Positions 10,612 through 19,617 of a stretch of DNA of 64,000 nt are shown one piece after another. The notes beneath the pieces are model-generated. The model did not search any database. It worked only from the letters and a program-made list of their open reading frames with translations, and was not told the DNA's origin. The stretch's first letter is position 1, and each line of letters opens with the position of its first letter. The position numbers were made by a program, and so were the translations under genes. This DNA comes from Spirochaetia bacterium (lineage in GTDB: Bacteria > Spirochaetota > Spirochaetia > SZUA-6 > Bin103), in contig CBDATQ010000002.1 of the NCBI GenBank assembly GCA_965199955.1, positions 416,001-480,000 of the forward strand, written 5' to 3'.

Positions 10612-11877
10612 CTATTCCCGGGAGCGCTGCTGCCGGGCACGGCGCTGCAGAAGCACGGCCCGGTAGCCGCGCCGGCGCCGGTCCTGCCGTTTCACCATCC
10701 CGGTCGCGGCGCACCCACGCGAAGCATGCCGCTCACTTGGCGAGCGCTGCTCACGCAGTGAGCGCAGCGCCCGGTCGACGGGGGTGCTCGACCCGATCAG
10801 GAGCAGGCGGCCCTCGGGCGCCAGCAACGTGTCCACGGCTTCGGGTATCCATCGCCACCAGGGGCCGTCGGTCTCGCCGTGCGTGGCGACCACGGCGCTG
10901 TAGCGCGCGCTACAGCGCGGGCCGGGTCCCGTTGCGTCGGCGATCGACGGAGCGTGCAAGCCGGCGGCGGCGACGCCGTGGTGCCGAAGGTTGTGGCGGG
11001 CGGTCTCGATCTGCAGGAGGTCGCGGCTGCCGACGGTTATCGCCGGCCGCGCGCCTTCCGTCGCTGCCAGGCCACACGCGGTGAGCCCCTGCCCCGGATT
11101 CCAGATCAGCACGCGAGGACCCAGGGCACTGGCGCACGCCAGCGGCTCGGCGGCGCGCAGGGAGTAGGGGACGGCATCGAAGTCCGGCAGTCCCCAGGCC
11201 GTCTGCAGCCGCACGGCCTGCCCGCCGTAGTGGAACTCCGCGTCGCCCCGAAGGTAGGCGGCAAGCCCGTCCTGGCCGGGTGGAGGGTCGCCGGGTGCGG
11301 CCATGGCCGTCTCGGCCACGAGGACCGTATGCGCCCGCAGCTCGCGCCGGTGCAGGATGCGCGCGCGCCCCTGCAGGGCTCGCTCGACCACGTCCTGCCG
11401 TGGCCGGATCACGACCAGGGCCAGGTAACCCTCCGGAGCCGCGGCGGCGGCCTGGCGCACCAGCAGGCGGAGCACGGGTTCACCCACCTTGGCCGGCAGG
11501 TTGGCCGCGATCAGGTCGAACGGGCCGCGGGCCGCAGGAACCCCCAGACAGCCGATCGCGGCGGCGCGGGACCCGTCATTCTCCCGTGCGTTGAGAGCGC
11601 TGACGGCGACCGCCAGCGCGTCCCGGTCGCTCAGGATGACGTGCGCGCGCGGCCACAGAGCAGACAGCGCCACCCCGATGACCCCGCTTCCGGAGCCCAG
11701 GTCCAGCGCGCGCCGAACCGGCAGGTCACCGAGACGTTCGGCGATCGTATCCAGGAGCGCGCGTGTACCCGTATCGATGTCGTCTCCGCTGAACAGCGAC
11801 TGCGACAACCAGAACTGCAGGTCTCCCCCGGCGCAGGGAAGGACGACCCGCTTGTGCAGCAGCCCGTGCGCCCGCAA
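10612..11877 (-). CDS. Class I SAM-dependent methyltransferase, MTS/RsmC-like (start uncertain)
   Basis: SLFSGDDIDTGTRALL, LDLGSGSGVIG and FDLIAANLP. TTG 11877 is chosen as a plausible start that avoids overlap with efp. Confidence 0.75.
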   Translation of the reverse strand: MRAHGLLHKRVVLPCAGGDLQFWLSQSLFSGDDIDTGTRALLDTIAERLGDLPVRRALDLGSGSGVIGVALSALWPRAHVILSDRDALAVAVSALNARENDGSRAAAIGCLGVPAARGPFDLIAANLPAKVGEPVLRLLVRQAAAAAPEGYLALVVIRPRQDVVERALQGRARILHRRELRAHTVLVAETAMAAPGDPPPGQDGLAAYLRGDAEFHYGGQAVRLQTAWGLPDFDAVPYSLRAAEPLACASALGPRVLIWNPGQGLTACGLAATEGARPAITVGSRDLLQIETARHNLRHHGVAAAGLHAPSIADATGPGPRCSARYSAVVATHGETDGPWWRWIPEAVDTLLAPEGRLLLIGSSTPVDRALRSLREQRSPSERHASRGCAATGMVKRQDRRRRGYRAVLLQRRARQQRSRE

Positions 11878-11948
11878 CGCGCCAGCCGACGGTGCTCCCT
11901 CCCCGAGGGGCTCGACGGGGGCTGCGCGGTCGCCGGTGATGGGTGGGA

Positions 11949-12506
11949 TCAGGCCCGTTCGACGTACGCGCCCGTGGTCGTGTTGACGACGATGCGGTCG
12001 CCGGTCTTGATGAACAGGGGGACCTGCAGTGTCAGGCCGGTCTCCGTGGTGGCCGGCTTGGTGGCGCCCGTGGCGGTGTCGCCGCGTTCGGCGTGCGGCG
12101 CGTCGGTCACCTCCAGCTTCATCTTCAGCGGAAGCTGCACCGCGAGCGGATCCTCTCCCCACATCAGCACCTGATAGGACTCGCCCTCCTTCAGGAAGCG
12201 GATGACGCTCTCATCGACGCTGGCTGCGGGAACATTGAACTGGTCGTAGGAACCGACATCCATGAACACGAGGTAGTCGGCATCCGAGTACAGATACTGC
12301 GCGTCCCGCGCCTCCACGTCGGCTTCCTCGACCGTCTCATGCGACTTGATCACTTCACGGATCACCTGTCCGGTGCGTGCGTGCTTGAGCTTCAGCCGGA
12401 CGAATGCCGATCCCTTGCCCGGATTGACGAACTCGCGATCGGTGACCAGGTAAGGGTCTCCCCGGAACAGCACGTGTATTCCCTTGTCGATAGCGCCTGC
12501 TTTCAT
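11949..12506 (-). CDS. efp: Elongation factor P
   Basis: VNPGKGSAFVR, RGDTATGATKPATTETG, VPLFI..GD.I.VNT..G.YVERA. Confidence 0.97.
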   Translation of the reverse strand: MKAGAIDKGIHVLFRGDPYLVTDREFVNPGKGSAFVRLKLKHARTGQVIREVIKSHETVEEADVEARDAQYLYSDADYLVFMDVGSYDQFNVPAASVDESVIRFLKEGESYQVLMWGEDPLAVQLPLKMKLEVTDAPHAERGDTATGATKPATTETGLTLQVPLFIKTGDRIVVNTTTGAYVERA

Positions 12507-12531
12507 TTCGCCTTGAACCGCCCGGACCCTA

Positions 12532-13518
12532 TCACAGCCGGAGCGCATGGTGCAGCGGAAAGGGGATCACCTGGCTGATCTCCTGTCGCCGGTCGAGCGC
12601 CATGAGCAGCCGTTCCACGCCGAGCGCCACGCCGGCACAGATCTCCGGGCCGCCGCGTACCTCATCGGCCATCGCCCGGTCGGGGGGATGAAGGATCATG
12701 GCGATGCGACGCTTGCGTGCATCCTCCCCCTCGATGACCCGAGCCAGTCGTTCGGCGTCGGTCTCTTCCTGAAAACAGTTGGCGACTTCCAGTCCCCGCG
12801 CGTACAGTTCCCATCGCCGGCAGTACGGGGTGTCCCTGATCGGCTGCGCGAAGGTGGGCACGCGACGCGGATACTCGTAGACGACCGTACCGCGGTCGTC
12901 GGGCAGGCCCGGCTCCACCGCGGCCAGCCAGACGCGGTTGAATACCTGCTCCCAGGTGTCGTCGCCGGCGGTGCGCACGCCCGCCGACTCCGCCGCGCGA
13001 CGGAAGCGGTCCCGGTCGTCGACGGCGTCCAGATCGATCCCGGAGGCCCGCAACACGGCGTCACGGACCGTGATGCGGTCGAACGGGACCGGCAGCGGAG
13101 CCTCAGCCGGCAGCGACGACACGAGCCGTTCCAACCGGGCCACCTCGGTCAGATACTCGCTGCCGGGCGAATACCACTCCAGCATGGTGAACTCCGGACT
13201 GTGCGTACGGTCCAGCTCGGCGCCGTTGCGGAACGCGGAGGCGAGCTGGAAGATCGGCCCCGAGCCCAGGGCGATGAGTCGGCGCATGTGGCGTTCCGGC
13301 GACGGGCTCAGGTACAGCGGCAGACCCTCGTCCCGGGCGCTATCCGTTACCGGGCGATGCAGCCGCGTCGCGAAGACCTCGATGGCAGGCTCCGGCAGCA
13401 GTGTGGGCGAAGCGAGCGGCGTGCTCACCTCGAGGTAGCCGGCGTCGGCGAAGAATGCGCGGATGGCCGCCAGGATCCGGGTGTGCCGGAGCGAGCGGGC
13501 AAGCGGCGATCCCGTCAC
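12532..13518 (-). CDS. epmA: EF-P lysyl ligase EpmA/GenX
   Basis: LysRS catalytic domain only (YLSPSPE, FRNG…HSPEFTMLEWY, GLEVANCFQE, GVALGVERL); adjacent to efp. Confidence 0.9.
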   Translation of the reverse strand: MTGSPLARSLRHTRILAAIRAFFADAGYLEVSTPLASPTLLPEPAIEVFATRLHRPVTDSARDEGLPLYLSPSPERHMRRLIALGSGPIFQLASAFRNGAELDRTHSPEFTMLEWYSPGSEYLTEVARLERLVSSLPAEAPLPVPFDRITVRDAVLRASGIDLDAVDDRDRFRRAAESAGVRTAGDDTWEQVFNRVWLAAVEPGLPDDRGTVVYEYPRRVPTFAQPIRDTPYCRRWELYARGLEVANCFQEETDAERLARVIEGEDARKRRIAMILHPPDRAMADEVRGGPEICAGVALGVERLLMALDRRQEISQVIPFPLHHALRL

Positions 13519-13561
13519 GACGGAGTCCGGCGGGTGCGCCCCGGTGGCCGGAGACTGCCGC

Positions 13562-13591
13562 TTGCATGGCGATCCGGCAGACTCCTATACT
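13562..13591 (+). promoter_or_regulatory. Putative sigma70 promoter of rnz
   Basis: TTGCAT-18 bp-TATACT. Confidence 0.45.
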
Positions 13592-13640
13592 CCCGCGTCC
13601 GGCCACCCTGGGTGGTTAAGCACCTTACTGCCATCTGCGC

Positions 13641-14567
13641 ATGAACCTCGATATCTTCGTCCTCGGCACCGGTGGCATGATGCCGCTGCCGGGCCGCGGC
13701 CTGACCTCCGTGCTGGTGCGACGCGAAGGCGACCTGCTGCTGTTCGACTGCGGCGAGGGCACGCAGATCGCGTTCCGCCGCCTCAACCTGAAGTGGAAGA
13801 AGATCACGAGCATCTTCATTTCTCACACGCACGCGGACCACGTCACCGGACTGCCCGGAATGCTGTCGCTGTCGTCGCAGGTTGACCGGTCGGAGCCGCT
13901 GTACATTTACGGCCCCCCGCGCATCCGGCAGTACGTCGAGCAGACCTTGCGCGTGCTGGATATCTACATCAACTACGAGATCATCGTGCACGAGTTCTAC
14001 GACGACGTCACCGTCGTGGAGGGTGACGGATACCGCGTCGACTCGCTGCGCGTACGGCACACCAAGCCCTGCCTGGGTTACCGGCTGGTGGAGGAGTCTC
14101 GTCCCGGACAGTTTCATCCCGAGCAGGCGTTCGCCGCCGGTGTTCCACGCGGACCGCTGTGGTCGACGCTGCAGCGTGGCGAAGCGGTGACGCTGGATGA
14201 GGGCACCGTGGTGGAACCGGAGACCGTGGTAGGGCCGCCGCGCCCCGGACGCACCTTCAGCTTCGTCACCGATACGGCGGCCTTTTCCGGTCTGGCGCCG
14301 TTCGTGGCCGGATCCGATCTGCTGATCTGTGAAGGCATGTTCTGTGCCGACCTTGCCGCCGACGCGGGCGCCAAGAAGCACCTCACCGCGCAGCAGGCGG
14401 GCCGAATCGCCCGCGCCGCCGGGGTGGGGCGCATGGGACTGATCCACTACAGTCCGCGCTACACCGAGCGCGACCTCCGGCAACTGGTCGGCGAGGCACG
14501 GGCGGAGTTCGCGGAGTCATTCCTGACTCGCGATCTGCAGGAGTTGAGCGTGCAGTACCGGGAGTGA
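13641..14567 (+). CDS. rnz: Ribonuclease Z
   Basis: LGTGGMMP, FDCGEGTQ, SHTHADHVTG, exosite GVPRGPLW, HLTA, LIHYSPRY. Confidence 0.96.
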   Translation: MNLDIFVLGTGGMMPLPGRGLTSVLVRREGDLLLFDCGEGTQIAFRRLNLKWKKITSIFISHTHADHVTGLPGMLSLSSQVDRSEPLYIYGPPRIRQYVEQTLRVLDIYINYEIIVHEFYDDVTVVEGDGYRVDSLRVRHTKPCLGYRLVEESRPGQFHPEQAFAAGVPRGPLWSTLQRGEAVTLDEGTVVEPETVVGPPRPGRTFSFVTDTAAFSGLAPFVAGSDLLICEGMFCADLAADAGAKKHLTAQQAGRIARAAGVGRMGLIHYSPRYTERDLRQLVGEARAEFAESFLTRDLQELSVQYRE

Positions 14568-14596
14568 CGTTCCCGGCCCGCTGCAACGGTGGGCGC

Positions 14597-14941
14597 TCAG
14601 TCCGAGTCGTCGCGACCGGCACGAAGTTCCCGAACCTCGCGCCGCAGGTCGTCAATCTCCGAGCGAATGGCACGCACATCCCGCTCGATGCCGGCCGGAA
14701 GCATTCCGGCGCCCGGCTCCGGATCTCCCGCACCGTCCTCCCGTCCAGGTTTCGTCAGCTCGGCCGCCAGCGGCAACGGGCCGACGGTGCCGGCGACCGA
14801 CAGCGACCAGCGCTTGACCCAGACCCCACCGCCGGCTTCGATGGCTCCTGCGGGTTCGGAGGCGCGGTCCCTGTCCGCTAGGTGTGGCCTGTCCGCTAGG
14901 TGTGGGCTGTCTGCTATGTGCGGGTCGGCAGCGTGTGGCAT
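14597..14941 (-). CDS. Small hypothetical protein with C-terminal coiled coil
   Basis: Fills the gap between rnz and the FtsB-like gene. Heptad tail IERDVRAIRSEIDDLRREVRELR; N-terminus derives from 18-bp repeats. Confidence 0.4.
   Translation of the reverse strand: MPHAADPHIADSPHLADRPHLADRDRASEPAGAIEAGGGVWVKRWSLSVAGTVGPLPLAAELTKPGREDGAGDPEPGAGMLPAGIERDVRAIRSEIDDLRREVRELRAGRDDSD
14871..14924. repeat. 3 x 18-bp tandem repeat
   Basis: CTGTCCGCTAGGTGTGGC / CTGTCCGCTAGGTGTGGG / CTGTCTGCTATGTGCGGG. Confidence 0.9.
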
Positions 14942-15097
14942 GTCCGGAGCGTCGCCGGGGCCGTTCCCTAGCCGGCGGCTTCCTCCAGTATGAGCTCGCC
15001 GAAGGCCGTGATGTCAACGGAACCGGTCGCACCTCCGCCCTCAACGCGGGCCGGGCCGGTGCCGACCATCAAGAGGGTAGGGGGCACAACGGTAGGG

Positions 15098-15670
15098 ATG
15101 GGAATACTTCGCGGTCTGTCGTGCGCGGTCACCGCCTACTTCGTGTACACCGTCCTGAACCTGGTGACCGTCGCTATCGCGATGGACCGCATGCAGGAGC
15201 ATCGGGAGGCGCTGCAACGGAACGTGGAGGCGCTGCAGGAGATCAACCAGTACCTGCAGGCGGAGTTCGACGCGCTGTCCACCAGCCCCGATCTGATCAG
15301 GCTGTACGCGCGGGATCTCGGCCTGTATGCGCCCGGCGAGCGGGTGATCCGCCTGCAGGGTACCGGCGAACGACCCTCGTTCTTCGAAGCGGGCGCCGTG
15401 GTAACGGAGAGCAAGCCGCCGAAGGCGCCCCGCCTGGCGTTTCTTCTGGCCGGCCTGGCCGTGGGAGGGCTGCTCTATGTGCGACTCAGGTTCGGTGAAC
15501 GATCGCAGGGCGATGGACGATCGCAGGGCGATGGACGATCGCGGAGCGATGGACGATCGCGCGGCGATGAACGCGCGCGCCGCCACCGTGCTGCCCGCAC
15601 GTCACCGCGGCGTCATGCCGATTTGCTGCCGCGTGCTGCGTCGTGGCGGGCTGGCGATCCTGCCCGGTGA
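15098..15670 (+). CDS. Septum formation initiator (FtsB/DivIC-like)
   Basis: TM segment, coiled coil (LQRNVEALQEINQYL) and DLIRLYARDLGLYAPGERVI motif. Confidence 0.72.
   Translation: MGILRGLSCAVTAYFVYTVLNLVTVAIAMDRMQEHREALQRNVEALQEINQYLQAEFDALSTSPDLIRLYARDLGLYAPGERVIRLQGTGERPSFFEAGAVVTESKPPKAPRLAFLLAGLAVGGLLYVRLRFGERSQGDGRSQGDGRSRSDGRSRGDERARRHRAARTSPRRHADLLPRAASWRAGDPAR
15499..15570. repeat. 4 x 18-bp tandem repeat at the ftsB/tsaC junction
   Basis: ACGATCGCAGGGCGATGG x2, ACGATCGCGGAGCGATGG, ACGATCGCGCGGCGATGA. Confidence 0.92.
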
Positions 15671-16160
15671 CACGATCTACGGCCTGATCGGTGCCGCCCC
15701 GGCGGCCGAGGCGCGCATCCGGCGGACCAAGAGCCGGGCGGAAGACCGGCCGCTCCTTGTGCTGATCCCCGACCGGACCTGGCTGTGGCGCTGCGGGGCA
15801 GCGGGCGAGCCTCCGGAACGCCTGTTGGAGTACTGGCCGGGAGCGCTGACTATCGTGCTGCCGCGTGCCGGCGGTGGGACCGTCGGGGTGCGAGTGCCGG
15901 ACGATCCGTTCCTGTGCCGGCTGGCGCGCTGCGTGGGCGCGCCGCTGTTTTCGACCAGCGTCAACCGATCGGGGCTTCCCCCGCTGTCACGGTTGAGCCA
16001 GATCGTGGCCGCGTTCGGTGCATCGGTGGACCTGATCGTCGACGCGGGCGAGCTCGGCTCTCCGGTGCCGTCGACCGTGGTCGATGCCACGACGCGGCCC
16101 TGCCGGCTGCTCAGGCAGGGTTCGGTCGATCTGCCCGCGGAGGTGCTGGCCCGTCCCTGA
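15567..16160 (+). CDS. tsaC: L-threonylcarbamoyladenylate synthase (TsaC/YrdC; start uncertain)
   Basis: LPGDTIYGL, K.R….PL, YWPGALT, VGVRVP, STSVNRSG, PSTVVD. Confidence 0.88.
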   Translation: MNARAATVLPARHRGVMPICCRVLRRGGLAILPGDTIYGLIGAAPAAEARIRRTKSRAEDRPLLVLIPDRTWLWRCGAAGEPPERLLEYWPGALTIVLPRAGGGTVGVRVPDDPFLCRLARCVGAPLFSTSVNRSGLPPLSRLSQIVAAFGASVDLIVDAGELGSPVPSTVVDATTRPCRLLRQGSVDLPAEVLARP

Positions 16161-16183
16161 GGCTGCCCGTTCTCCGATGCTGC

Positions 16184-17008
16184 TCAGCCGCCGGCCCCGG
16201 AGTTGACGCCCGCTGCCACGGCAGCCTGCAGGGAGGGCATCAGGTGCCGGTAGTGGGACAGGAATACCTGTTGAATGCCGAAGAAGCGGCGCTCCAGCTC
16301 GGCGCCGGCGCGGCCCACGTACCGGAAGTGCCACGGTTCGTACTGATAGCCGGTGACGTCCTCCAGCCCCTGCGGATAGGAGAGCGAGAATCCGAAGCGC
16401 CAGGCATTGGCCAGCACCCACTGTCCCTCGTGCGTTTCCCCGTAACCCAGGTCGATGCTTCCGAAGTCGACGGCCGTTCCGAGCTGATGCTGGGAGTGGC
16501 CGGGTCTCGCAACCAGGGTCGACGCCTGCTCCAGGCCAAGTTGCTCCACGTTGTAGTCGAACAGGAAATCCTGCCGGGCGTAGGAGCGATAGGCAGAAGA
16601 AATGGTCACGTCGGTGCCGGCCAGGCGCGCCGCCGCCGTCATGGCGGCCAGGTCGGGCAGGACGAAGGCCCGCAGGGTCATGGACGGCCGCGTGACCGTG
16701 AGGCCCCGGCCGTCGAGATCGACCAAGTCGACAGGCCGGTAGTCCTCGGCGAGCGCGTGCTCCTTGTCGACCAGCACCAGCAGGTCGGCCGGCTGATCGA
16801 GCGTCTTGGCCATCAGGTCCAGGAACACGGCCGGCTCGGCAAGGATCCGCTCCTGCACGGATTCCGGGAGCGGCTCGATCAGAGCCGTCAGATCCTCCAG
16901 CGTGACACCGAATGCCGCGTGCAGCGACGCCGGTTCCTCCGGTCCCGCGCAGGCTGACAGCATGACCGCGGCCGCCAGGGCTATCGCCAACGCCCTCCCA
17001 AGCCCCAT
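16184..17008 (-). CDS. M15B (VanY-type) D-Ala-D-Ala carboxypeptidase lipoprotein
   Basis: Lipobox MLSAC; SAYRSY, ARPGHSQHQLGTAVD, YEPWHFRYVG. Confidence 0.9.
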   Translation of the reverse strand: MGLGRALAIALAAAVMLSACAGPEEPASLHAAFGVTLEDLTALIEPLPESVQERILAEPAVFLDLMAKTLDQPADLLVLVDKEHALAEDYRPVDLVDLDGRGLTVTRPSMTLRAFVLPDLAAMTAAARLAGTDVTISSAYRSYARQDFLFDYNVEQLGLEQASTLVARPGHSQHQLGTAVDFGSIDLGYGETHEGQWVLANAWRFGFSLSYPQGLEDVTGYQYEPWHFRYVGRAGAELERRFFGIQQVFLSHYRHLMPSLQAAVAAGVNSGAGG

Positions 17009-17070
17009 TTGAGAGATCCCGGTGCGGGGGCACACCGGGCCGCCGAGGCCGAACCCTGTGCGGGGGCCGG

Positions 17071-19464
17071 TCAAAGGATGATCTCGACGATCTGTTCCAT
17101 CGTGCCGACCGGATGGAAGCTGATGCCGCGCCGTACGCGTTCGGGGATGTCCGCGAGATCCATCTCGTTCGCCCGAGGGACGATGATCTCACGGATGCGG
17201 TTGCGCTGGGCAGCGATCACCTTCTCCTTGAGTCCGCCGATCGGCAACACGTCGCCCACCAGCGACAGCTCGCCGGTCATGGCCAGCGAGCGCGCCAGCC
17301 GTGCTCCGCACGCCAGCGACAGCAGCGCCGATGCCATGGTGATGCCGGCCGACGGCCCATCCTTGGGGGTGGCTCCGGCCGGGAGGTGCACGTGGATCCG
17401 TTGCTCGTCGAAGAAGGCGTCGTCGATGCCGAGCCGCCGCGCCGCCTGACGGGTCCAGGAATAGGCGATGCTCGCCGACTCCTGCATGACGTCTCCCAGT
17501 TGTCCGGTCAGCTTGAAGCCGCCGCGGCCCCTGGTGCCCACCGCCTCGACGGTCAGCACGGCGCCGCCAAGCGGCGTCCATGCCAACCCGGTGGCGGTGC
17601 CGACGCGCATGGAGCGCCGCCGGTCGTGGTCCCGGAACAAGGGCTTGCCGAGGTAGTCGCCGACGTGATCGCGGTCGATCACGAAGCGCGCGCCGTTGGC
17701 CGAACTTCCGTTGCCTGAAGCCGGACCCGTGTCCGAGACCGGACCGGTCTCCACCACGGTGCGGGCTATCTTGCGGTGGATCTTGTCCAGCGCCTTCTCG
17801 AAGTTGCGTACGCCCGCCTCACGGGCATAGCCGTCGGCGATCTTCAGCAGCGCGGCGCGCCGGTAACGCACCGAGCCGTGGTCCAGTCCGGCGCGGGAGA
17901 GCGACTTGGGGATGATGAAGCGGCGGGCGATCTCCAGCTTCTCGGTGTCGATGTAGCCGGAGAGGCGGATCATCTCCATGCGGTCCAGCAGCGGCGCCGG
18001 GATCGTGTCCTGGGTGTTGGCGGTGGCGATGAACAGCACGTCGGAGATGTTGAACGGCAGGTCGAGATAGTGGTCGCGGAACGCCGCGTTCTGCTCGGGG
18101 TCGAGCACCTCCAGCAATGCCGAGGACGGGTCACCCTGGAACGACATGCCGAGCTTGTCGATCTCGTCGATCATGAACACCGGGTTGCGCGCTTTCACGA
18201 TGCGCAGTCCCTGGATGATCTTGCCCGGCATGGCGCCCACGTAGGTGCGGCGATGGCCCTTGATCTCGGCCTCGTCACGCATGCCGCCCACGGAGAAGCG
18301 GAAGAACTCGCGGCCCAGGGCGCCGGCGATGGAGCGGCCGATCGAGGTCTTGCCGACGCCGGGCGGACCCACCAGCCCCAGGATCGAGCCGCGGCTTGCG
18401 GGGTTGAGCTTGCGCACCGCCAGGTACTCGAGCATCCGCTCCTTGACGTCGTCGAGTCCGTAGTGGTCGGCGTCGAGCGCGGCGGCGGCGCGCTTCAGGT
18501 CGATCTCTTCCGGCGCAGGGTCCGCCCACGGCAGCGTGGCGATCGTGTCCAGGTAGTTGCGCGTGACCACGAACTCGGCCGAGCCGGGATCCATGAGCGC
18601 GAACTTCTCCAGCTCGTCCGACACGCGCTCGGCCACCTCGCGTTCGAGCTGGAGCGATTCGAAGGCTTCCTTGAAGCGCTGGTACTCGTCGGTCTTGGCA
18701 TCGACCGCCATGCCGAGCTCGGCCTTGATCGCCTTCAGCTCCTCCTTCAGAAAGTACTGCCGCTGGCTCTTGGAGATCTTCTCCTCCAGCTCGCCCTGGA
18801 TCCGCTTCTGGATCTTCAGCAGCTCCTGCTCCTTCTTGATGAAGACCAGCACCTGTTCCATCCGCTCGCGCACGTCCAGCTCCTCCAGGACGCGCTGCTG
18901 CTGTTGGCGGTCGATGTTCAGGATCGAAGCCAGGAAGTCCGCGATCTTCCCCGGCTGGTCGATGTTCACCATGTTCAGCCGCATCTCTTCGGAGAACAGC
19001 GGGTTGCCCTCGGATACCTGCTTCATCTCGGAGATCAGCGCCCGCGCCAGGGCCTGCACCTCGTCACTGTCGAGGTTCGTGTCGTCCAGAGGCTGTACGG
19101 CAGCCACCAGCGGAGGGCCGGCGTCCAGGACCTTCGCGATCCGGAAGCGGGTGATGGTGGAGATGAACACGTTCAGCCCACCGTCGGGCAGATTGATCTT
19201 GCGGACGACCTTGGCGGCCGTTCCCACCCCGTGCAGCCGGTCGGGAGCGGGCTGTTCGTCATCCACGTCGCGCGTCAGCACCAGCCCGAGGAACCCACCG
19301 AGCTCCAGCGCGGCGCTGACGGTCGCGGTCTGGGCGCCGGGCGATGCCACCAAGGGCGTCAGCAGGCCGGGGAAGATCGGCTTGCCGGTCAGGGGGAGCA
19401 CGACCAGGCGGTTGGGGAGCGTGCGTGCCGCGGGGACGACCTGCCCTGGCGGAAACGGCGGCAT
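17071..19464 (-). CDS. lon: Lon protease
   Basis: Lon N-domain, GPPGVGKTS, IDEIDK and catalytic PKDGPSAG…KEK. Confidence 0.96.
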   Translation of the reverse strand: MPPFPPGQVVPAARTLPNRLVVLPLTGKPIFPGLLTPLVASPGAQTATVSAALELGGFLGLVLTRDVDDEQPAPDRLHGVGTAAKVVRKINLPDGGLNVFISTITRFRIAKVLDAGPPLVAAVQPLDDTNLDSDEVQALARALISEMKQVSEGNPLFSEEMRLNMVNIDQPGKIADFLASILNIDRQQQQRVLEELDVRERMEQVLVFIKKEQELLKIQKRIQGELEEKISKSQRQYFLKEELKAIKAELGMAVDAKTDEYQRFKEAFESLQLEREVAERVSDELEKFALMDPGSAEFVVTRNYLDTIATLPWADPAPEEIDLKRAAAALDADHYGLDDVKERMLEYLAVRKLNPASRGSILGLVGPPGVGKTSIGRSIAGALGREFFRFSVGGMRDEAEIKGHRRTYVGAMPGKIIQGLRIVKARNPVFMIDEIDKLGMSFQGDPSSALLEVLDPEQNAAFRDHYLDLPFNISDVLFIATANTQDTIPAPLLDRMEMIRLSGYIDTEKLEIARRFIIPKSLSRAGLDHGSVRYRRAALLKIADGYAREAGVRNFEKALDKIHRKIARTVVETGPVSDTGPASGNGSSANGARFVIDRDHVGDYLGKPLFRDHDRRRSMRVGTATGLAWTPLGGAVLTVEAVGTRGRGGFKLTGQLGDVMQESASIAYSWTRQAARRLGIDDAFFDEQRIHVHLPAGATPKDGPSAGITMASALLSLACGARLARSLAMTGELSLVGDVLPIGGLKEKVIAAQRNRIREIIVPRANEMDLADIPERVRRGISFHPVGTMEQIVEIIL

Positions 19465-19470
19465 GCATGC

Positions 19471-19500
19471 AAGGTAGGGAGCTTGTCGCTTGCGCGCCAA
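19471..19500 (-). promoter_or_regulatory. Putative leaderless lon promoter
   Basis: Minus strand reads TTGGCG-18-TACCTT, ending 6 nt before ATG 19464; no SD. Confidence 0.4.
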
Positions 19501-19584
19501 CCCCTCGCCCGCACACCGCTGCCTGTGGCAGCGCTGTGCGCCCAGCCGTGCCTTCCCATAGGAGCTTGTCGCTGGCGCGCCAAC
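19475..19584. repeat. ~26-bp imperfect direct repeat flanking a hairpin
   Basis: TAGGGAGCTTGTCGCTTGCGCGCCAAC (19475-19501) and TAGGAGCTTGTCGCTGGCGCGCCAAC (19559-19584). Confidence 0.85.
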
Positions 19585-19594
19585 TTCCTATGGT
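19566..19594 (+). promoter_or_regulatory. Putative sigma70 promoter of recO-thpR-recJ
   Basis: TTGTCG-17-TATGGT. Confidence 0.45.
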
Positions 19595-19617
19595 GCGGAA
19601 TCGCTCGTGCCCGTGCC

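Noticed and set aside
17776..19617. Long N-terminal extension of RecO
   Set aside because: Antisense to lon; the predicted promoter lies at 19566-19594.
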